Shown here piece by piece: positions 53,001-64,000 of a stretch of DNA of 64,000 bases. Position 1 is the first letter of the stretch. The number at the start of each line of letters is the position of its first letter. The stretch is taken from NCBI GenBank assembly GCA_964016885.1, contig OZ024744.1, positions 24,862,001 through 24,926,000 on the forward strand, in the 5' to 3' direction. This stretch comes from Eledone cirrhosa. Lineage: Eukaryota. The notes under the pieces were generated by a model. It saw only the letters and a program-made list of their open reading frames with translations, was not told the DNA's origin and ran no database searches. A program made the translations under genes and the position numbers.

Positions 53001-56000
53001 GGAACTATAGAGTATACAACAGCGAAGTATAGTGTATATAACAGATAAGTATAGTGTATATAACAGAAAAGTATACTGTATATAACAGGGAAGTATAGTG
53101 TATATAACAGGGAAGTATAGTGTATGTAACAGATAGTATAGTGTATATAACAGGGAAGTATAGTGTATATAACAGAGAAGTATAGTGTATATAAAAGAGA
53201 AGTATAGTGTATATAACAGAAGTATAGTGTATATAATAGGGAAGTATAGTGTATATAACAGATAGTATAGTGTATATAACAGGGAAGTATAGTGTATATA
53301 ACAGGAAAGTATGGTGTATATAACAGGAAAGTATGGTGTATATAACAGGGAAGTATAGTGTATATAACAGATAGTATAGTGTATATAACAGATAGTATAG
53401 TGTATATAACAGGGATGTATAGTGTATATAACAGAGAGGTATAGTGTATATAACAGAGAAGTATAGTGTATATAACAGAGAGGTATAGAGTATATAACTG
53501 GGAAGTATAGTGTAGATAAAAGATAGTATAGTGTATATAACAGGGAAGTATAGTGTATATAACAGAGAAGTATAGTGTATATAACAGAAAAGTATAGTGT
53601 ATATAACAGATAGTATAATGTATATAACAGAGAAATATAGTGTATATAACAGAAAAGTATAGTGTATATAACAGGGATGTATAGTGTATTTAACAGAGAA
53701 GTATAGTGCATATAACAGAGAAGTATAGTGTATAGAACTGGGAAGTATAGTGTATACAACAAAGTATAGTGTATATAACAGATAGTATAGTGTATATAAC
53801 AGTGAAGTATAGTGTATATAACAGGGAAGTATAGTGTATATAACAGAGAAGTATAGTGTATATAACAGATAGTATAGTGTTTATAACAGATAGTATTGTG
53901 TATATAAAGGGATGTATAGTGTATATAACAGAGAAGTAAAGTGTATAAAACAGAGAAGTATAGTGTATATAACAGAGAAGTATAGTGTATATAACAGGGA
54001 AGTATAGTGTATATAACAGAGAAGTATAGTGTATATAACAGAGAAGTATAGTGTATATAACTGGGAAGTATAGTGTATACAACAGAGAAGTATAGTGTAT
54101 ATAACAGATAGTATAGTGTATATAACAGAGAAGTATAGTGTATATAACAGAGAATTATAGTGTATATAAAAGTGAAGTATAGTGTATATAACAGAGAAGT
54201 ATAGTGTATATAAAAGGGAAGTATAGTGTATATAACAGAGAAGTATAGTGTATATAACTGATAGTATAGTGTATATAACGGGGATGTATAGTGTATATAA
54301 CAGATAGTATAGTGTATATAACAGAGAAGTATAGTGTATATAACAGATAGTATAGTGTATATGACAGAGATGTATAGTGTATATAACAGAGAAGTATAGT
54401 GTATATAACAGAGAAGTTTATGTGTATATAACAGAAGTATAGTGTATATAACTGGGAAGTATAGTGTATACAACATAGAAGTATAGTGTATATAACAGAT
54501 AGTATAGTGTATATAACTGGGAAGTGTAGTGTATATAACAGGGAAGTATAGTGTATATAAAAGATAGTATAGTGTATATAACAGAGAAGTATAGTGTATA
54601 TAACAGATAGTATAGTGTATATAACAGATAGTATAGTGTATATGAAGGGATGTATAGTGTATATAACAGAGAAGTATAGTGTATATAACAGAGAAGTATA
54701 GTGTATATAACAGAGAAGTATAGTGTATATAACGAGGAAGTATAGTGTATATAACAGAGAATTATAGTTTATATAACAGAGAAGTAAAGTGTATATAACT
54801 GGGAATTATAGGGTATACAACAGAGAAGTATAGTGTATATAACAGATAGTATAGTGTATATAACAGGGAAGTATAGTGTATATAAACGATAGTATAGTGT
54901 ATATAACAGAGAAGTATAGTGTATATAACAGATAGTATAGTGTATATAATACAGAAGTATAGTGCATATAACACAAGTATAGTGTATATAACAGAGAATT
55001 ATAGTGTATATAAAAGTGAAGTATGGTGTATATAACAGAGAAGTATAGTGTATATAAAAGGGAAGTATAGTGTATATAACAGAGAAGTATAGCGTATATA
55101 ACAGAGAAGTATAGTGTATATAACATATAGTATAGTGTATATAACGAGGAAGTATAGTGTATATAACAGGGAAGTATAGTGTTTATAACAGATAGTATAG
55201 TGTATATAACCGGGAAGTATAGTGTATATAACAGAGAAGTATATTGTATATAACAGAAGTATAGTGTATATAACAGAGAAGTATAGTGTATATAACAGAT
55301 AGTATAGTGTATATAACAGATAGTATAGTGTATATAACAGATAGTATAGTGTATATAACAGAAGTATAGTGTATATAACAGGGAAGTATAGTGTATATAA
55401 CAGAGAAGTATAGTGTATATAACAGAAAAGTATAGTGTATATAACAGATAGTATAGTGTATATAACAGAAGTATAGTGTATATAACAGGGAAGTATAGTG
55501 TATATAACAGGGAAGTATAGTGTATATAACAGGGAAGTATAGTGTATATAACAGGGAAGTATAGTGTATATAACAGGGAAGTATAGTGTATATAACAGAA
55601 GTATAGTGTATATAACAGAGAAGTATAGTGTATGTAACAGAGAAGTATAGTGTATATAACAGGGAAGTATAGTGTATATAACAGAGAAGTATAGTGTATA
55701 TAACAGAGAAGTATAGTGTATATAACAGAAAAGTATAGTGTATATAACAGATAGTATAGTGTATATAACAGAGAATTATAGTGTATATAACAGAGAAGTA
55801 TAGTGTATATAAAAGAAAAGTGTAGTGTATATAACAGATAGTATAGAGTATATAACAGCGAATTATAGTGTATATAACAGATAAGTATAGTATATATAAC
55901 AAAGAAGTATAGTGTATATAACAGGGAAGTATAGGGCATATAACAGAGAAGTATAGTGTATATAACAGAGAAGTATAGTGTTTATAACAGATAGTATAGT

Positions 56001-59000
56001 GTATATAACAGAGAAGTATAGTGTATATAACAGAGAAATATTGTGTATATAACAGGGAAGTATAGTGTATATAACAGAGAAGTATAGTGTATATAACAGG
56101 GAACTATAGTGTATATAACAGGGAAGTATAGTGTATATAACAGATAGTATAGTGTATATAACAGAGAAGTGGAGTGTATATAAAAGGGAAGTATAGTGTA
56201 TATAACAGAATTATAGTGTATAGAAAAGGGAAGTATAGTGTATATAACAGAGAAGTATAGCGTATATAACAGAGAAGTATAGTGTATATAACAGGGAAGT
56301 ATAGTGTATATAACAGATAGTATAGTGTATATAACAGGGAAGTATTGTGTATATAACAGAGAATTATAGTGTATATAACAGAGAAGTATAGTGTATATAA
56401 CAGAAGTATAGTGTATATAACTGGGAAGTATAGTGTATATAACAGGAAAGTATACTGTATATGACAGGTAAGTATAGTGTTTATAAAAGACAAGTATAGT
56501 GTATATAAAAGGGAAGTATAGTGTATATAACAGATAGTATAGTGTATATAACAGATAGTATAGTGTATATAACAGATAGTATAGTGTATATAACAGGGAA
56601 GTATAGTGTATATAACAGGGAAGTATAGTGTATATAACAGAGAAGTATAGTGTATATAACAGGGTAGTATAGTGTATACAACCGAGAAGTATAGTGTATA
56701 TAACAGATAGTATAGTGTATATAACAGAGAAGTATAGTGTATATAACAGGGAAGTACAGTGTATATAACAGAGAAATATAGTGTATATAACAGAGAAGTA
56801 TAGTGTATATAACAGAGAAGTATAGTGTATATAACAGAAGTATAGTGTATATAACAGGGTATTATAGATTATATAACAGAGAAGTATAGTGTATATAACT
56901 GGGAAGTATACTGTATATAACAGATAGTATAGTGTATATAACAGATAGTATAGTGTATATAAATGGGATGTATAATGTATATAACAGAGAAGTATAGTGT
57001 ATATAACAGAGAAGTATAGTGTATATAACAGAGAAGTATAGTGTATATAACAGGGAAGTATAGTGTATATAACTGAGAAGTATAGTGTATATACCAGGGA
57101 AGTAGAGTGTATATATCAGATAGTATAGTGTATATAACAGGGAAGTATAGTGTATATAACTGAGAAGTATAGTGTATAAAACAGAGAAGTATAGTGTATA
57201 TAACAGAGAAGTATAGTGTATATAACAGAGAAGTATAGTGTACATAACAGGGAACTATAGTGTATATAACAGGGAAGTATAGTGTATATAACAGATAGTA
57301 TAGTGTATATAACATAGAAGTATAGTGTATATAATAGAGAAGTATAGTGTATATAACAGAAGTATAGTGTATATAACAGAAGTATAGTGTATATAACAGG
57401 GAAGTATAGTGTATATAACAGAGAAGTATAGTGTATATAACAGAGAAGTATAGTGTATATAATAGATAGTATATAGTATATAACAGAGTTGTATAGTGTA
57501 TATAACAGAGAAATATCGTGTATATAACAGGGAAGTATTGTTGATATAACAGGGAAATATAGTGTATATAACAGAGAAGTATAGTGTATATAACAGATAG
57601 TATAGTGTATATAACAGGGAAGTATAGTTTATATAACAGAGAAGTATAGTGTATAGAACAGATAGTATAGTGTATTTAACAGGGAAGTATAGTGTATATA
57701 ACAGGGAAGAATAGTCTATATAACAGGGAAGTATAGTGTATATAACAGGGAAGTATAGTGTATATAACAGAGAAGTATACTGTATATAACAGATAGTATA
57801 GTGTATTTAACAGGGAAGTATAGTGTATATAACAGGGAAGTATAGTGTATATAACAGAAGTTAAGTGTATATAACAGGGATGTATAATGTATATAACAGG
57901 GAAGTATAGTGTATATAACAGGGAAGTATAGTGTATATAACAGAGAAGTATAGTGTATATAACAGAGAAGTATAGTGTATATAACAGAGCAGTATAGTGT
58001 ATATAACAGATAGTATAGTGTATATAACAAAGATGTATAGTGTATATAACAGATAGTATAGTGTATATAACAGAGAAGTATAGTGTATATAACAGGGAAG
58101 TATAGTGTATATAACAGGGAAGTATAGTGTATATAACAGAAGTATAGTGCATATAACAGGGATGTATAGTGTATATAACAGAGAAGTATAGTGTATATAA
58201 CAGGGAAGTATAGTGTATATAACAGAGAAGTATAGTGCATATAACAGAGAAGTATAGTGTATATAACAGGGAAGTATAGTGTATATAACAGGGAAGTATA
58301 GTGTATATAACAGGGAAGTATAGTGTATATAACAGGGAAGTATAGTGTATATAACAGAGAAGTATAGTGTATATAACAGAGAAGTATAGTGCATATAACA
58401 GGGATGTATAGTGTATATAACAGGGAAGTATAGTGTATATAACAGGGAAGTATAGTGTATATAACAGAGAAGTATAGTGCATATAACAGAGAGGTATAGT
58501 GTATATAACAGATAGTATAGTGTATATAACAGAGAAGTATAGTGTATATAACTGAGAAGTATAGTGTATAAAACAGAGAATTGTAGTGTATATAACAGGC
58601 ATGTATAGTGTATATAACAGGGAAGTATAGTGTATATAACAAAGAAGTATAGTGTATATAACTGATAGAATAGTGTATGTAACAGATAAGTATAGTGTAT
58701 ATATCAGGGAAATATAGTGTATATAACAGAGAAGTATAGTGTATATAACAGCGACGTAAAGTGTATATAACAGAGAAGTATAGTGTATATAACAGATAGT
58801 ATAGTGTATATAAAGAGAAGTATAGTGTATATAACAGGGATGTATAGTGTATCTAACAGGGAAGTATAGTGTATATAACAGAGAAGTATAATGTATATAA
58901 CAGAAGTATAGTGTATATAGCAGGGAAGTATAGTGTATATAACAGAGAAGTATAGTGTATATAACAGGGAAGTATAGTGTATATAACAGAGAAGTATAGT

Positions 59001-62000
59001 GTATATAACAGAGAAGTATAGTGTATATAACAGAGCAGTATAGTGTATATAACAGATAGTATAGTGTATATAACAAAGATGTATAGTGTATATAACAAAG
59101 ATGTATAGTGTATATAACAGATAGTATAGTGTATATAACAGAGAAGTATAGTGTATATAACAGGGAAGTATAGTGTATATAACAGGGAAGTATAGTGTAT
59201 ATAACAGAAGTATAGTGCATATAACAGGGATGTATAGTGTATATAACAGAGAAGTATAGTGTATATAACAGGGAAGTATAGTGTATATAACAGAGAAGTA
59301 TAGTGCATATAACAGAGAAGTATAGTGTATATAACAGGGAAGTATAGTGTATATAACAGGGAAGTATAGTGTATATAACAGGGAAGTATAGTGTATATAA
59401 CAGAGAAGTATAGTGTATATAACAGAGAAGTATAGTGTATATAACAGAGAAGTATAGTGCATATAACAGGGATGTATAGTGTATATAACAGGGAAGTATA
59501 GTGTATATAACAGGGAAGTATAGTGTATATAACAGGGAAGTATAGTGTATATAACAGAGAAGTATAGTGCATATAACAGAGAGGTATAGTGTATATAACA
59601 GATAGTATAGTGTATATAACAGATAGTATAGTGTATATAACAGAGAAGTATAGTGTATATAATAGGGAAGTATAGTGTATATAACAGAGAAGTATAGTGT
59701 ATATAACATGGAAGTATAGTGTATATAACAGGGAAGTAGAGTGTATATAACAGAGAAGTATAGTGTATATAACAGAGAAGTATAGTCTATATAACAGAGA
59801 AGTATAGTGTATATAACAGAGAAGTATAGTGTATATAACAGAAGTATAGTGTATATAACAGGGAAGTATTGTGTATATAACAGAGAAGTATAGTGTATAT
59901 AACAGAGAAGTATAGTGTATATAACAGAGAAGTATAGTGTATATAACACATAGTATATAGTATATAACAGAGTAGCATAGTGTATATAACAGAGAAGTAT
60001 CGTGTATATAACAGGGGAGTATAGTGTATATAACAGAGAAGTATAGTGTATATAACTGAGAAGTATAGTGTATAAAACAGAGAATTGTAGTGTATATAAC
60101 AGGGATGTATAGTGTATATAACAGGGAAGTATAGTGGAAAAACAGAGACGTATAGTGTATGTAACAGAGAGGTATAGTGTATATAACAGAGAAGTATAGT
60201 GTATATAACAGGGAAATATAGTGTATATAACAGAGAAGTATAGTGTATATAACAGCGACGTAAAGTGTATATAACATATAGTATAGTGTATATAACAGGG
60301 ATGTATAATGTATATAACAGGGAAGTATAGTGTATATAACAGGGAAGTAGAGTGTATATAACAGAGACGTATAGTGTATATAACAGAGAAGTATAGTGTA
60401 TATAACAGAGCAGTATAGTGTATATAACAGATAGTATAGTGTATATAACAGAGATTTATAGTGTATATAACAGATAGTATAGTGTATATAACAGGGAAGT
60501 ATAGTGTATATAACAGGGAAGTATAGTGTATATAACAGGGAAGTATAGTGTATATAACAGGGAAGTATAGTGTATATATCAGAGAAATATAGTGTATATG
60601 ACAGAGAAGTATAGTGCATATAACAGGGATGTATAGTGTATATAACATGGAAGTATAGTGTATATAACAGGGAAGTATAGTGTATATAACAGAGAAGTAT
60701 AGTGCATATAACAGAGAAGTATAGTGTATATAACAGATAGTATAGTGTATATAACAGAGAAGTATAGTGTATATAACAGATAGTATAGTGTATATAACAG
60801 AGAAGTATATTGTATATAATAGGGAAGTATAGTGTATATAACAGAGAAGTATAGTGTATATAACAGGGAAGTATAGTGTATATAACAGGGAAGTATAGTG
60901 TATATAACAGATAAGTATAGTGTATATAACAGGGAAGTATAGTGTATATAACAGGGAAGTATAGTGTATATAACAGATAGTATAGTGTATATAACAGAGA
61001 AGTATAGTGTATATAACAGAGAAGTATAGTGTATATAACAGAGAAGTAGTGTATATAACAGAGAAGTATAGTGTATATAACAGGGAAGTATAGTGTATAT
61101 AACAGAGAAGTATAGTGTATGTAACAGGGAAGTATAGTGTATATATCAGAGAAGTATAGTGTATATAACAGAGAAGTATAGTGCATATAACAGGGATGAA
61201 TAGTGTATATAACATGGAAGTATAGTGTATATAACAGGGAAGTATAGTGTATATAACAGAGAAGTATATAGTGCATATAACAGAGAAGTATAGTGTATAT
61301 AACAGATAGTATAGTGTATATAACAGCGAAGTATAGTGTATATAATAGGGAAGTATAGTGTATATAACAAAGAAGTATAGTGTATATAACAGATAAGTAT
61401 AGTGTATATAACAGGGAAGTATAGTGTATATAACAGGGAAGTATAGTGTATATAACAGGGAAGTATAGTGTATATAACAGATAGTATAGTGTATATAACA
61501 GAGAAGTATAGTGTATATAACAAAGAAGTATAGTGTATATAACAGAGAAGTATAGAGTATAAAATAGAGAAGTATAGTGTATATAACAGAGAAGTATAGT
61601 GTATATAACAGCGAAGTATAGTGTATATAACAGAGAAGTATAGTGTATATAACAGAAGTGTAGTGTATATAATAGATAGTATAGTGTATATAACAGAGAA
61701 GTATAGTGTATATAACAGAGAAGTATAATGTATATAACAGGGAAGTATAGTGTATATAACAGGGAAGTATAGTGTATATAACAGGGAAGTATAGTGTATA
61801 TAACAGGGAAATATAGTGTATATAACAGATAGTATAGTGTAAATAACAGAGAAGTATAGTGTATATAACAGATAGTATAGTGTATATAACAGAGAAGTAT
61901 AGTGTATATAATAGGGAAGTATAGTGTATATAACAGAGAAGTATAGTGTATATAACAGGGAAGTATAGTGTATATAACAGGGAAGTATAGTGTATATAAC

Positions 62001-64000
62001 AGATAAGTATAGTGTATATAACAGGGAAGTATAGTGTATATAACAGGGAAGTATAGTGTATATAACAGAGAAGTATAATGTATATAACAGGGAAGTATAG
62101 TGTATATAACAGGGAAGTATAGTGTATATAACAGAGAAGTATAGTGTATATAACAGAGAAGTAGTGTATATAACAGAGAAGTATAGTGTATATAACAGAG
62201 AAGTGAAGAGTATATAACAGAGAAGTATAGTGTATATAACAGAAGTATAGTGTATATAACAGGGAAGTATAGTGTATATATCAGATAGTATAGTGTATAT
62301 AACAGAGAAGTATAGTGTATATAACAGAGAAGTATAGTGTATATAACAGGGAAGTATAGTGTATATAACAGAGAAGTATCGTGTATATAACAGATAGTAC
62401 AGTGTATATAACAGAGAAGTATAGTGTATATAACAGGGAAGTATAGTGTATATAACAGAGAATTATAGTGTATTTAACAGGGAAGTATAGTGTATATAAC
62501 AGATAGTATAGTGTATATAACAGGGAAGTATAGTGTATATAACAGAAGTATAGTGTATATAACAGAGAAGTATAGTGTATATAACAGAAGTATAGTGTAT
62601 ATAACTGGGAAGTATAGTGTATATAACAGAGAAGTATAGTGTATATAACAGGGTAGTATAGTGTATATACCAGAGAAGTATAGTGTATATAACAGGGAAG
62701 TATAGTGTATATAACAGAGAAGTATAGTGTATATACCAGAGAATTATAATGTATATAACAGATAGTATAGTGTATATAACAGTGAAGTATAGTGTATATA
62801 ACAGGGAACTATAGTGTGTATAAGAGAGAAGTATAGTGTATATAAGAGAGAAGTATAGTGTATATAACATAGAAGTATAGTGTATATAACAGGGAAGTAT
62901 AGTGTATATAACAAGGAAGTTTAGTGTATATAACAGATAGTATAGTGTATATAACAGGGAAGTATAGTGTATATAACAGGGAGGTATAGTGTATATAACA
63001 GAGAAGTATAGTGTATATAACATAGAAGTATAGTGTATATAACAGGGAAGTATAGTGTATATAACAGAGAAGTATAATGTATATAACATACGTATAGTGT
63101 ATATAACACAGAAGTATAGTGTATATAACAGAGAAGTATAGTGTATATAACAGGGAACTATAGAGTATATAACAGGGAAGTATAGTGTATATAACAGAAG
63201 TATAAAGTATATAATCGGGAAGTATAGTGTATATAACAGAGAAGTATAGTGTATATAATAGAGTAGTATAGAGTATATAAGATAAGTATTGTGTATATAT
63301 GAGAAGTATAGTGTATATAACATGGAAGTATAGTGTATATAACAGAGAAGTATAGAGTGTATAAGATAACTATAGTGTAGATAAGAGAAGTATAGTGTAT
63401 ATAATAGGGAAGTATAGTGTATATAACAGAGAAGTATAGAGTATATAAGATAAGTATAGTGTATATAAGTGAAGTATAGTGTATATAACAGAAGTATAGA
63501 GTATATAAGATACATATAGTGTATATAAGAGAAGTATAGTGTATATAACAGGGAAGTATAGTGTGTATAACAGATAAGTATAATGTATATAACAGGGAAG
63601 TATAGTGTATATAACAGGGAAGTATAGTGTATATAACAGGGAAGTATAGTGTATATAACAGATAGTATAGTGTATATAACAGAGAAGTATATTGTATATA
63701 ACAGGGAAGTATAGCGTATATAAGAGAAGTATTGAGTATATAACAGGGAAGTATAGTGTATATAACAGGGAAGTATAGTGTATATAACAGGGAAGTATAG
63801 AGTATATAACAGGGAAGTATAGAGTATATAACAGGGAAGTATAGTGCATATAATAGAGAAGTATAGTGTATATAACAGGGAAGTATAGTGTATATAACTG
63901 AGAAGTATAGTGTATATAACAGGGAAGTATAGTGTATATAAGAGAAGTATAGTGTATATAACAGGGAAGTATAGTGTATATAAGAGAAGTATAGTGTATA
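44033..64000. repeat. 22-bp satellite (>=20 kb, runs off the window), AAGTATAGTGTATATAACAG[A/G]G, with 21-bp and 20-bp variants
   Basis: 22-aa cycle over three units in translations (LLYTLYF-SVIYTIL-LCYIHYTS); kb-scale internal duplications. Confidence 0.98.

Noticed and set aside
43961-63849. Tyr/Leu/Ile-rich ORFs up to 1179 aa
   Set aside because: They are translations of the 22-bp satellite cycling through frames.

Overview
AT-rich, repeat-dominated eukaryotic DNA with no intact host gene. A coleoid cephalopod such as Octopus is likely; this is an inference from recalled SINE families and microsatellite density. The main coding feature is a near full-length Tx1/L1-clade non-LTR retrotransposon on the minus strand (10006-15916). 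It has a zinc-knuckle ORF1 and an APE-RT-zinc-finger ORF2, and it is flanked on both sides by (ATT)n/(AAT)n. About 10 copies of one tRNA-headed SINE family share this LINE's 3' terminal motif (CCTTGTG-N8/9-AGAAAYM-ATT), and those with clear junctions abut ATT/TTA sequence, which suggests a microsatellite-targeting LINE/SINE pair. The LINE has three premature stops, all at expected Trp codons, four -1 frameshifts next to homopolymers, and a long hairpin over the ORF1 stop/ORF2 start junction. Other features are fragments of RTE-like, CR1/Jockey-like and R4/Dong-like LINEs, a TTAA-flanked element carrying a 72/60-bp array, Penelope-type palindromes with degenerate hammerhead motifs, and one candidate host exon. 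Two large satellites (24-bp, ~13 kb; 22-bp, >=20 kb) show higher-order duplications. Almost all other ORFs in the supplied track are repeat translations.
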